Shown here: piece after piece, positions 1-11,795 of the stretch
Layout: each line of letters begins with the position of its first letter
How positions within the stretch are numbered: the stretch's first letter is position 1
Assembly: GCA_030704615.1 (NCBI GenBank)
Contig: CM060732.1
Span: forward strand, 50,840,001-50,904,000
DNA length: 64,000 bases
Direction of reading: 5' to 3'
From: Takakia lepidozioides
Lineage: Eukaryota; Plantae; Bryophyta
Notes under the pieces: model-generated
Databases searched by the model: none
What the model was told of the DNA's origin: nothing
What the model saw: the letters and a program-made list of their open reading frames with translations, nothing else
Made by a program: the position numbers and the translations under genes

Positions 1-1075
1 GGTGGACATGTTTGTCAAATGTGGGTGCATTCAGGATGCAAAAGGAGTTTTCCAAAATCTGGTTGAAGGAGATGTGGTGTCGTGGAACGCCATGCTTGCA
101 GGGTATGCACAATAGGGGCACGGGATGGAGGCTTTTGGAGACCTGTGAGCAAATGATTGGGGAAGGGTGAAGCCCGACCACATCAGGTTTGTGTGCGTTT
201 GCAGTGTGTGTGCAAGCCTGGCAGCCTTGGAAAAGGGCAAAGAGGTGCATGGTTGCATCGCCAAAGCTGGAATTGTACCAAATGTGATTCCCTATGGATC
301 AATAGCTACAAGAAAACCTGCATAGTAGATGGTCAACTAAAGGCTGCAGCTGCAGCGACACAGTTCATAAAACCAGGCACCTCAACCATGACCAAAGCTT
401 CTGAAAGTGGATCAAGAGAGGGAGTCCACAATGCCTCTTCTGGCACTTCTGGACATGTGAAGATGCTTTGTGGCAGACTGACTGACAGAGGCTCTACAGA
501 CTTAAAACCAATCAGGCATTTCAGCAGATTGAGGTACATATGTCTGTCCCTTGCTTAAGTGCAACAAGATGGAAAGTCTGGACGCTGGAAAGCAAGTGCA
601 CACTTACATTATCCAAAGTAGATGCATGCCAAATCTTTTTCTACTGAACACCCCTATCTCCATGTATATTAAGTGCGGGAGCATCATGGATGCTCACCAA
701 GTGTTCAACAGAATGCCTCAACAATCTTTGATCACGTGGAATATAATGTTGGCAAGAATTACCAAGCATGGGTGTGGTAGTTTTGGAGACCTATGAGCAA
801 CTGCTGCATGAAGGGGTGAAGCCCAACCACATCACATTTGTTTGTGTTTGCAATGTGTGTGACGTAAGCTTGGGAGCTCTGGAAAAGGGGAAAGAGGTCC
901 ATGGTGACATCATCAAAGCTGGATTTGTACCAGATGTCATTCTGAACACTGCCCTGGTGGACATGTATGCCAAATGTGGGTGCAGCAAGCCTGATGCAAA
1001 GGGAGCGTTCGACAATATGGCTGAACGAGATGTGGTGTTTTGGAGTGCCACGATTGCAAGGTATGTGCAGCATGG
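1..1075 (+). pseudogene. Decayed PLS-class PPR gene fragment with an embedded OSB-type PDF motif half (~286-375)
   Basis: Repeated PLS motifs (VDMFVKCGCIQDAKGVF..DVVSWNAMLAGYAQ*, LNTALVDMYAKCG, GKEVHGDIIKAG) with stops and frameshifts. Positions 286-375 encode SLWINSYKK.A.VDGQL, matching the repeat unit at 15.2-18.9 kb. Confidence 0.9.
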
Positions 1076-1357
1076 CTCGACAAGACCACGGATTTCCCCA
1101 TGGATGAGGGAACTGCACCTCCCTTGGACCGGTGGATACAACAATGGAAGAAGATGGCATACAAGAAATTATTCATATCGGAGATTGAATCCCATCGCCG
1201 GACAATGCTATTGTCAGATGACTCAGGCGGCCCTCGTGCCGCTAAAAAACTGGTTTACAGGTACACCATTGTCCAAGCTCCCAACTCCGTTCTATTGGTA
1301 GTTCAGGGCTTGTTGTGAGCCACAGCTGTTAATGATCCCATAATACCAATTTTTATG

Positions 1358-2360
1358 CCACCTTCGTTGTCCAAACAGACGAAGGTATGAATAAACAACC
1401 AAGCATGTTACTTTAGTGACAGATAAGCTACCTCTGTCCACCGCAGGTGCCTGCAAATTGAAAGATATGCCACCTTTGGTTGACGAAGGTGGAGGCTGAG
1501 TGGGAGAACATAAAGAAAAAACGCAATAAATGGATGACCCAGGGAGGATGTAAGTGTCTCGTTTTATAGATTTAGCTATATCAATTTTCAAAATTTGAAC
1601 CTATTGTAGATGCAAGTGAATTCCTGCCATCGATTTCCCCAAAGTTGATCATACACGTCCGGGTCAAGCTTCGACCTTCGTCCGACGCAGGTCAGTTTTG
1701 TTTGAGCGTCCTCACTGTTTTGAGCTTCTCTAAACATTGTTTTGAGTGATTTCAGCGTTTTGAGAGGCTCAAAACATTGTTTTGAGCGAATAAATATTTC
1801 AAACAGTTGCGGTTTAAATCCATATGGTAACGGGTCCTCGATGTACTCTCTTTCTCAATGGTCAATGTCATTCTAATATATGCCGATGCTAATAAATAAT
1901 CTATATAATGTACCCACCTTGTTAGACGGAGGATCCCTAGAGGCGCAGTTGTGAGGTAAAGTACCCATGAATGATAAGTATAATCTACTAATTCAAATAT
2001 ATTATTTTTATCCGCCAATACTAATCTCTTATCTAGTTAGTCTATGTTAAACATATCTCAAAATATTGTTGATTTTTTATCGTACCCTTTAATTTGTACC
2101 CACCTTCGGTTGACGGATAGACTAATCATATTGTCTATATAATTGTTGTAATGTGTTATACGACTATTGCAATGTAAAATCTTTAGACTACAATTTACAT
2201 GTAGGGTTTATATATAGATTTTATATAAATTTTATACACGGCGTAGATACGGATTAAGTCTACGAATGTCTGTAATCGTAAGGTAGTCGTTTGTACACAT
2301 AGTTTTAAATGCTATTCATTTTTTGCTTTGGCCTTTAAGCCACCTTTGTTATACGGAGGT
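1358..2360. repeat. Cluster of 19-bp palindromic motifs ACCTT(C/T)G-N5-CG(A/G)AGGT
   Basis: Copies at ~1360 (longer spacer), 1430, 1472, 1674, 1916, 2102, 2342; more at 9354, 12318, 12496, 21303, 21371, 21475. Confidence 0.85.
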
Positions 2361-2886
2361 ACCCTAGATTCGGAGGTGCTCAGGGAGCTGTGTGGCCCTA
2401 ATGTCAGTACTACATAATGTTAAAATATTATGTGATATGCAGTGACAGTTTAATATCTACGAAATACAGCGTAGCTACGGCGTGAGCCCAGCCCCGTGAG
2501 CCTGGGAGCTGAGCTCACGTTCAAGCTTTGAAGCGTGAGCTGAGCTCACGCTTCAGGGAAGCGTGAGCGGCATGAATCTGCTGGAGAAGCAAGTCCTATA
2601 GGCAAGGATTGCAGGAAGAGGGCCTATTACCGTGGACAAAACAAAGGAGGCCACCATGCACCATGTCTGCAATGCGTGCCAAAAAAGAGGAATATGTAAA
2701 TATGGCAGATTTGAGCTCAGAATGATTGACACAGTTTATTTCAATTCACAGAGAGACGCTTACAATGAATCGCAAGTGCATTTGCCCTGGTTCCGTGAAC
2801 GAAATGTATATGTTTGTCATAAAATGAAAAGTCTTCACACGGCAACCTGGAAACCAGCATGGGAAGCGGGCATGGCTCGTATGTGT

Positions 2887-5800
2887 TCAAAGAGAAGTTG
2901 GCGGAGCTCTACGCGAGGTGTCCCGCTGCAGAAGGGTGATGACTTCTCCGTAGCCTAGTGTGGCTTGGTGAATGAATTGGTCTCTCTTACCGTCGCAACA
3001 CATAATTACAAGGTATATGTAATATTGATGCTTGCAGGGGACCCACTTCCCTCTCATGCCGAGAGCGCCCTCACGCATTGTTACAAAATCCGGACAAGTG
3101 CACGATGGGAAATTCCCGATGGTAACCTGATATTCTTTGGCATGAAGAACTAAGCCAATTGACAGCACTGTGTAAATCCGTCCATACCCCGGGGAAGGGA
3201 CTTCGGTGATACGAGTCACCCTAGCCTGCAAAATTCTAGCCGATTCCATCTTGCATTCGTGATCTGCACCCGAAGCAACACGGCGCACTGTTTTTCCATC
3301 TCTTTTTGTTGGGTGGGAGTCGGCACCGGGTGGAGGCATTGTCGGAGCATGTGGCACATCTGTGCCGACAGTGCATAAGGGCACCACCCGGGACCGTGCA
3401 AGACAAAACCCTCCCTCCTCCAGCATGCTTATCTCGGTTGAGGACAGCGATGTCCCAATTTTCACAGGCCAAATTGCGGGGGGGGGGGGGCTTCATTATC
3501 ACGGAAGGACGAACTGTTCCCTTCACGCATCGTGCCATATCGTCTGGGCAGAACCAAAACTTGTGCTCTTTTGACTCCCCACTATGGTAAGGTCGGAACA
3601 ACCCTGTGAATGTTGGAGCTGGAGTCCCCCTGGAGCCTTTGCATATTTTTGATTTGCATTTCTTGAATGAGGGGTCCGAATTGCCATGCAAGCCACTCTA
3701 GATCCCGGTGGGGTGCGTTCTATATGCCAGTCACTATCAATGCAATCAGATTCCTGCACCATGGCCACCACCTCCTCCAATGGGATTTCCGCTGCTATGC
3801 TTGCATGTTCTGCACCTGCTCCACAGGAGGAGGACCCACCTGGGAAGGGGCCGCACAGGACTTAGTCTGCACTGGAGACACCTTTGGCACAGAGAAATTG
3901 ACCCTGTCTGGCCTATGGGAATCTCCATCTGACCCTGGAAGAGTGTTTAATTTCCTTTTGCATGATCCAAATCTTTCCTCGCCTTCCAAATGGGGAGCCT
4001 GGATTGCAGAGGGGAGCCTTCAGTGCACCTGTTTAGAGCTCTGGCCATCTTTGACGGGTCTCCGGACCTACTCGCAGCCCTTAGCATCAACAAAGTCGTA
4101 TCGGGGCCCTTCCCTCCACCCCGTCCCATCAGAAAATTGCGGTACCTGGTTTGTTGTGTAAGTGCCCGCACCATGTCATCAGCAGTGGCCACATACAAGT
4201 CACGACCTGCTTTGGTAGACTGTTGCATCCAGGCGTTGTGAACAGTCTCTGCCAAATTACACGATGGCATGTCGGCCAAGTCCTCCAAGGACATGTCCTG
4301 CAGGAGGCATTGCATGGAAATGTGAGGAAGGAAAAGAAATGGTAGAGGTTCTTCAAGTGACAATCGAACAACCCCAAATGAACAGGCACGATGCAAAGTG
4401 CAATTTGTGTTTAAGGAAAACTTGTGAGGCTTACCGTCGTCATGAAAGCTCCCCACTGTCTGTACCTGAAGTGCCAGAAAACCAACCAGTCCTCCAACTC
4501 CTTCAGGTGGATACCTGTAGCAGCACCAGAGGAGAACCACCAAGCCCGGATTGCCTGGTAAGTGCTCTCAGCTTCTCCCATTGAGGTGGCATTCTTGTAC
4601 TTCAGACAGAGCCTTCTATGCTCCAACTGAAGGTCAGGGCGAATGCAGCGCTGATCACTGCAAACGGGTGAAGGGTTGGACAACCATGGCGTGCCATGTG
4701 TATGATCCAGCGTACCAGCGTGTGCTCTCCATAGCAATTTGTGATATGCAGTCGGAGGACACTGAATCCCAGATGCTCATGTGGAATTCCCTCCTGGCCG
4801 TCATGCAGCGCAATGGAATACAGAACACAAATTTTGCGGGCTTCATGACTGATAGTGCACTACACTTTGGACGAGCCCTGGCCAGGGAACATACTGTTTT
4901 GAATGAATTCATAGCGACTCCTCCGTTTGAGGTCCATAATGTTGTCCATGAATCCAGCAGTGCCTGTGCCCATTCTGAGTGCATTCACCTGGTTTCGAAT
5001 ATTGGGAGAGCTCAACACGGAGAAATGGTCCATGACTGCCTCAAGAGAATCTGCATCCAGCATTGGCTGTGTCGCATCCCCTTCACCCAGTATGTGTTTT
5101 TCCAGGAATGCCTTGCTAGCTGCAAGCGCTATAGCAGAAGGTGTTGCAGAAGGGGCATTGTGGAACTCTTGCTTCAGTAGATTTCTAGCGATGTCCACGC
5201 TATCCCTGCAACTCCCTTTGGACACAGGATGCTCGTGTGCACCCATATGAATGCAGGCACGAGTCATTGTCTTGCATCGATGTGCCACCTGATACATACG
5301 AGCGTGGCAAACAGAAACACAGGACGGGGAAAGTTTGCAGAACCTGCACACAAAAGTATTGGTCTTGGGAGGTGCAAGCCCTGGGGTGAAAGGATTCAGG
5401 GGCACACCTTCCCACTCACTTTCGTTTGGCTGAGCGCTGTTTCTCAGCCGAGGGCAAGAAATATTCAGGCACTTGCAATGCCCAACGCAAACCGACCTCC
5501 GAAATTTCAAGCCAATGTCGTTATGGATGTTCGACGTTTTCGTCCTGCACCAAGGATGTCCGTCATGTTTCTTGTCCATGCCCTGCAGAAGCCCAGCCAG
5601 TCCACTGGAAGACGTGGGAGGGTTGAGCTCAAACAAGATGTCCCCATCAAACTGAGCTGGCACGTATTGAACCCGTTGCACTGGAAGGGACTCCCAATCA
5701 ACAAAACGTAGCTCGCTCTTGCACCCAGGCACACCTGCGAGGGCTTTCAATTTTGGAATGACACTTGTTATCTCTTGCAATTCGTCATCATGCAATAAGG

Positions 5801-6250
5801 GAGTTTGCACTGGCGGAGGAATCTCATAAACATCCTCCGAGGACGAGTCCGAAAGAGTCACGAAGGTAGTGGATGTGCTCACCTCTTGTTTCACAGGAAT
5901 TGTGCCCTTCTGTTGCACGACCGATGCTGCAGTGCCAGGGGTAACGACTGATCCTGCTGATTGTCTTCTCTCTTTTCCAAGGACACGGTATGTTCCTAGA
6001 AGGACTCTCCACTTCCTTCCACACTCGCCAACCAAGGGTTTCTCCAAGTGCCCAGAATCTAATTCCCATCATCGTCATACACCTCTTTCTGAACAAGCAG
6101 AGAACCCAACTCCAGCGGGAACACTGTAACCAGCTCATCCTCATGAACAACTGCATACCCATCGTCGTCTGCAGTGGCAGTCAGTGGAATAGTACCTGCA
6201 TTGGAATGGAATCGAGCGAGTGCATCTCGCTCCCTCGACATGTTTTCCAT
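2887..6250 (-). pseudogene. GCM-like Zn domain + MULE DDE + SWIM transposase, disrupted (frameshifts, internal inversion, one intron ~4301-4433)
   Basis: CVGHCKCLNISC..CRFC..CHA..HMGAHEHP (GCM/WRKY-like); DHCKRV..TMACHVYD..DMQSED..FMTDSA (DDE core, on + strand 4653-4859); CNLAETVHN (E); SWIM CTCPDF..PCKH. Confidence 0.85.
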
Positions 6251-7182
6251 CACTGAACGAAACTGGCGATTCAGAACGGAATCCCCGAACTGAGAGCCCG
6301 TAATTATCGAAAGTGGAAATACCACCAGCAAACTGAGGTCAACAAGGGTAGCACCAAACCAAAGCTGCCGGCGATGCATGCCAAGGATGTAGGGATGACG
6401 TGCACCTTCACCTCCCACCAACCAGAAAAACCGTTTTGAAAGACCAGAGCCACAAGAAGCCGTGCTGTTTTTGGATGGAAAACAAACCCTGAAAATGACA
6501 TGAAACCATCCATTATGAAATGACGGCAACAACCCTGGAGAGCAGTAAACAGGAAGATCCGATTGTAATGAGATTGTGTTGCGCCAGAATAGCACAGAAC
6601 AAACACTGACACTCCAAGAGATACCTCGCACGAATGTGTGCAACACATGGTCATATCCGACAAAATCCTTTATACCGAATGATCCCATGGGGACGGTCAC
6701 GGCATAAAAAAAACCACAGGGCATGCAGTACAACACACGTGGATGCATATGTGAAGCATAACAATTATTGCGAATCTGGAAGAACTGCTCGGAATTGAAA
6801 AAGCACTACATTTCTACGGCACATTCGAATTTGAAAGAAGGCAAGGAGGCCGCCATGTATTGGCAGGCGGCGAAGTACATCTGACATATATCGCAAATGC
6901 ATGCAACGGATGTTCTTTTTCTTCGGCGCTTTATTAGCTGGGTAATACAAAGACGCCAAAATGGATGAATTCCGTTCGCACACAATATCAACACCCGCAT
7001 CCAAATACGGTTGACAACGTCCATTTTTATTTTTGTTACATGCGATACCAGGACTTGTTGCAAACGTCAAACTGGAGAGCTCCAGGGGCATCGTGGGGAG
7101 CCCTTGTTTCCAGCGGAGGAGAAAGAGAAGGAAGTCATTATACTTCACGAGTTCTAGAAACAGGAATAGAGCTAGATATAGA

Positions 7183-8756
7183 ATGAGGATGGAAAGAGTG
7201 GAGGAAGAGGAAAAGGAGGAAGAAGAGGGAATACAGGAAAGTGTGGCGATGGAGGAGCAGGAATCTGGAGAAGAACAACAACCCAACATAGTTCCAGGAA
7301 CAGGCGAGGAGGACACTGCGTCTGAGGGAGAGACAGACGACATGGAGGAAGATGTTGACACTGGCCTCACGAAGAATCTGACCACGGGAAAGAGGAAGGG
7401 GGAGAGGCTCACCTACATAGTCGGCGAAGAGAGCAGCCCGAAGCGGAAAGGGTCCCCGGCAACTAGGGAGTCTTCTCGAGTACCTACGAAAAAGGTAAAA
7501 TCTACAGGACCCACATTTGTGAAGAATTCGGCTTTCAATGGCAGGTATTTGAGAAAGAAAGAACCATTCAGTGGCAGCTCAAACAGTGTGCGTTGCCGCA
7601 CACTGTTTGAGCTGCACAAGTCACTGTTTAAGGGTGCAAAATTCTTCCTTCAACGACACCTTTCTGAGGATGAAATGAACCCCGCACTTCCAGCTCAAAC
7701 AGTGGAACCGCACACTGTTTAGGCAGAACATATCAATATTGAAGGGCGCAACCTTCGGCCCTCATGGGCACATATCTGAGGATGAAATGAATCCTTTACT
7801 GCCAGCTCAAACAGTGTGCGGCAACGCACACTGTTTGAGCAGAACTTTTCAATGTTCTTTCCCTGTGAAAATCGGGAACATAGGGCAGGTCCGTGAGGAT
7901 CAATGAACACTTACCTGGCAGCTCAAAGAACACTTACCTGTTTGATCCCACTTTTTCATGCATCAGTCGACGTTTCATTCCTCTCTTATAAGAATTTGAG
8001 TGAACAACCTTGCAGGAGAAAATGCAAAGTGTGGCGGATGAGGTCCCTCAGGGTCAGGGGAAGGAGACCATAGTTGATGTTGACGATGAGTTTTATGAAA
8101 GCAAAGCCGCTGAGATGCTGGGGGTCAAAAGGTGAATGTGTCTTCAATGTCTGCTTACTTCATTCTATTCCACTGCAGGTGCTTCGTACCACGCTTGCAA
8201 GGCCAGTGCGCGACATGTCTTTGGGATTGAAGGGGATGCTGAGATTTACAAGAACCTCCTGATGGGTTTGGGTGGACACACTTCTCAGGTCCTTCCGAAG
8301 CCCCGTCCCGCTGATACTGGTACAGAGGAGACTTCTGACAAGGAGCTGGACTCCGACTTTGCCTGTGAGTAAGTTCAACCTGTGCATGCTTGCATTGTTG
8401 TTTCAATATCGAGAATCGCTGTTCTTGAGGCAAAGTGCACATGGGAGACATCCTCTTCGTTGGACTTGTGCATTGCATCATTGTGTTAAAAATGGGATTT
8501 TGTGGACTTGTGTAGGAGTCCGCGTGCTTCCACTTGCCCTCCTGGGCTATCACACCTATTTGGACTTGTTTTCAGTCCTCCTCGGTCTTGTGTGCTACCT
8601 GTCTATGCGGAGGCACTCGCAGCAAGCATGTCCGTTCATGGCACTCAGAGTCCACCCTGCGATGGCCTTCGTAGAACACGTGGTGTTGGGGCCAGAATCT
8701 TTGTAGATGACATAGCACAGGAGGTGGACACTGATTGTGATGACTGCGACACTTGA
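7183..8756 (+). CDS. Putative spliced accessory gene of the MULE element (acidic N-terminus, unknown function)
   Basis: Glu-rich ORF with a basic NLS-like stretch. Plausible GT-AG sites (AAG|GTAAAA ~7495, TGCAG ~8015, AAG|GTGAAT ~8132, CTGCAG ~8178). Divergent from the transposase. Confidence 0.4.
7574..7841. repeat. Hairpin repeats CAGCTCAAACAGTGTGCG-N4-CGCACACTGTTTGAGC
   Basis: Perfect 18-19-bp stem at 7574-7615, an inverted copy at ~7803-7841, and a degenerate copy at ~7691-7720. Confidence 0.85.
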
Positions 8757-9489
8757 TATGAAGTATTCTTTTGGTTTAATTCTGGGACAAATTTGAAATG
8801 GGATGGTTGTGTGTCCTTATTGTCCTCTTTGCAATGTGTGCGTGGAATTCACATTCATGGTTCCAAACTATTGTTGGAGATGGGGGTTGCATGGACTGCC
8901 CGGATTGTTCCTTCAATATATTTGTTGTTTTGTGGACCTCACAGACTTGAGTACATTGCAAAAACAAACAAACCACTTTGTTCTCAATTCTCAATTCTCC
9001 CCACATCAACCCGCGGAAATAGGTGACACCACTCGGAAAAAGGTCACATCCGCGGAAATAGGCACTGTTTGCATGCTGACGTGGCGTGAGCCTGTGCTGG
9101 GCTCACGCTTTCCTGGGCTCACAGGCTCACGCCTCCAGGCTCACGGAATAGCACCCCCCCCTACGAAATATGTGGTATTTAATCTATAGTCTATGTACTG
9201 CTAGATGGATTAGTCATGACTAGATGATTATGCCGAGTAACGTGTATACTTGTGTTCTATTAGTGATGATTAATGGTCCATAACTGAACCATCATATATA
9301 TTCTATGTTATGATATGTGTATGTATCTCTTTGATTATGCAGATAGAAATCATACCTTCGTTTGACGTAGGTGGGCAGTGGATGAGTTCAATTGACTGCA
9401 TGGACCTCTGCATACCAACTTTTACAATGATATACATATTATAAGAGGAGCGTACACGCAGATTAACCTCGTATTGTTGTTGTCTCAGG

Positions 9490-11376
9490 TATCTTCTTGA
9501 GGTTCATGGAATTGGTAATCTACCCTCTATCGCCGAGGCTTGGACGACTGTTGACAACAACAGAAAAACTATGTACACAGCTGACCAGTCTGGGAACATC
9601 ACCCCTGTTTGTGCATCTCTATGCCCCTAGTATCTGGACTACCCTGCCAAGGAAGGTCCGGCTGGTGAGAGACAGAAGATTGCTGCTGAGTCTTGAGGCC
9701 AAGGTTGGTAAGGACAATCCGATCGGGGCGTCCGATACTGAGAATACCCAGCGACAACTACGACGTCGAGAGGCCCTCAACACCGCAACTGCTTTGGAAG
9801 ATGAAAGGATTGCAGCTTTGGAAGCTGAAAAAACAAAAAACAAACGGAGACAGTACATCACAGTGGGCAAGAGGAACAAGGGAGACAAAGAACAATTTGC
9901 ATATGATCGTGGAGAGTTGAAACTCGCAGGAAGTGCAAATGGCGGAACCCAGAACAAGAAGAAGAGAAGACTAGTGGAACTAAAAGTGACGATATTGTCT
10001 GGGCAGCCAGGTACATTGGTTCTTCTTTTGCTACCCCGGATTCCAAGGTTTTGTGTTTGCAGGGGGATGTAAAAACATTGGCAACCCTCATTAAATCCGA
10101 GAAGATGGAAAAAGAGTCATTGTTGTGTTCAATCTCCAAGTTCCTTGGTGATGTCGGATGTGAGAATACTGGGACACGTAACCTTGAAACTGCGGACTTG
10201 GTGTTCTGCGAGCTTCCGGACGGTCATAATGTCGATCCTGTTGATCCGTCATTGACCCCCTACGATGATGATGTCCCAGAGTGGAATGAGTATTCTCACG
10301 AGAACATGCTCCATGCATTTGAGATAGCGTACCAACTCATGGATGATAATGGTTGCTTCATTGTTGTGGTGCCAAGTGATCTACGGACGTCGATACATAG
10401 GCGCATGAGGAAGAAGGAGATGAGACTGTTCAGGACATGGACATGCATCAACGACAGACCTTTGAATTGCAACACAGGGAGGTGAGATCTTATGCTTTAC
10501 ATTTTCAGGCGATGGTGGTGGTGTTTCTTGGAGTGCTAATATGTTTCCCTTTTGATTTACATTTCCATCACTTGTGGTGGTATTTGTTGGAGTGCTAATT
10601 TGTTTCCCTTCCTCTGTATGTGCACAGACATTTGTCTTCGAAGTGCATTGTTTGGTGCTAGAGTCCTGCAAGGACTTTCAAATCAGTGAACAAAGGTCTG
10701 TTTTTTCAAAGAACCCGGATTGTTTCACCGGGGATCTGTTGAGACACTATCTTCCAGCATCTGAGATGACAGTATCACCCGATAGAGGACGCAAAGAGAA
10801 ATCCCATGCGTTCTATCAGACACTCATGGAGTTATGTTCCTCTGAGGGTGCGAGGGTTTTGGATATCACAGCATCAACAGGTAATATTTTCTCATTCCTC
10901 CTCTTATCTGGTGATTGGGCATTTGCAATGACAGACTGTGGCTGTGTACCCAGAAGAGTCCAAATAGTTGCGGTTCTTTCGAGGTGAGCAATTTAGGGAC
11001 AGAGGTCCTTCAATATGGAGTTCTAACAAATTTATGGATATGTTTGGCTTGTAGGCATTTTTACACTTTTTGCCTTGTAAAATCTCCATCATATTGCGCC
11101 TTCTGGCTTTGGCTTCCCAGGTATTATGCTTTAACAGTTACACTACATCTCACTGGATCTATTGTCTAAATTACTACTGTAGGGAACTCGGTGAAAGCGG
11201 CAAGTACATCCGGGAGACACATCGTTGCAATGGAGGGGGACAAAGAGTTGTTTGAAGACGTTTTGCGGCGATTGAATGATTCCAGTCAGAAGAAAAGACG
11301 AGTTGCTTTGCAACCTCCTCAAAAGTCTGCTGTCAAATATATTGTGGACGAATCAGATGGCGAGGGCGATTTGTGA
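9490..11376 (+). CDS. Beta-class N4-cytosine/N6-adenine DNA methyltransferase-like gene, multi-exon, probably damaged
   Basis: GDVKTL..ADLVFCELPDG (motif IV position, DPPY-like but atypical)..AYQLMDDNGCFIV; then RGRKEKSHAFYQTLMELCSSEGARVLDITASTG|NSVKAASTSGRHIVAMEGDKELFE (motifs X-I-II), joined in phase by GT-AG intron 10881-11182. Confidence 0.7.
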
Positions 11377-11459
11377 GTGAGTCATTTCATTACCCTGCTT
11401 GCAATGTTGCTGTATTAATCGTTTCCATTCTGTATGTGGTTTTGACCATATGACCACAA

Positions 11460-11795
11460 ATGTTCAGGCAACCGGTCGTGAAGAGGCGGAGGATAGGAGG
11501 ACCACAGTATACCTACAACGCTGAGTTGCCCATGGGCCCACAGTTGTTTCCAGAGCTCCCAATGTATGCAAAGGTGGCGGCCCAAAGACAAGCGGCATCA
11601 AATCACGACAAGGACTGGGATAACACCACCACCTGGACACGGAAGAAGTCATTATTTGGGAATGATACTTATGTTTATGTTCTGGACGAGGCTACCGAGG
11701 CATGTGACATGTCCAACAGTTGTATGGGCACAAGCTCGGTCGATGTTTTGCCCGATTGTGTAATAGATTTGGGATCTGAGGACACTTCTGAATAG
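11460..11795 (+). CDS. Short ORF or exon of unknown function inside the putative element
   Basis: 111-aa ORF with a basic KRRR stretch; no recognised domain. Confidence 0.2.
   Translation: MFRQPVVKRRRIGGPQYTYNAELPMGPQLFPELPMYAKVAAQRQAASNHDKDWDNTTTWTRKKSLFGNDTYVYVLDEATEACDMSNSCMGTSSVDVLPDCVIDLGSEDTSE

Larger units (their letters stand above)
2467..9160 (-). mobile_element. Mutator-like (MULE) DNA transposon, ~6.7 kb, imperfect termini rich in GTGAGC/GCTCAC
   Basis: 10-bp direct repeat CTACGAAATA at 2457-2466 and 9161-9170 (TSD). Clustered CGTGAGC/GCTCACG motifs at both ends. Internal transposase with GCM-like, DDE and SWIM motifs. Confidence 0.85.

Noticed and set aside
1358-2360. ACCTTCG..CGAAGGT copies as a CRISPR or attC-like array
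   Set aside because: Spacing is irregular (40-250 bp), copies are degenerate, and no integrase or Cas is nearby; treated as binding-site motifs instead.
6059-7412. Long minus-strand ORFs 6059-6748 and 6765-7412 as separate genes
   Set aside because: The first is mostly upstream run-in to the transposase start; the second is the antisense shadow of the Glu-rich ORF.
9490-11376. Bacterial contamination or a restriction-modification operon
   Set aside because: The gene has spliceosomal introns, lies among plant TEs, and has no cognate endonuclease.
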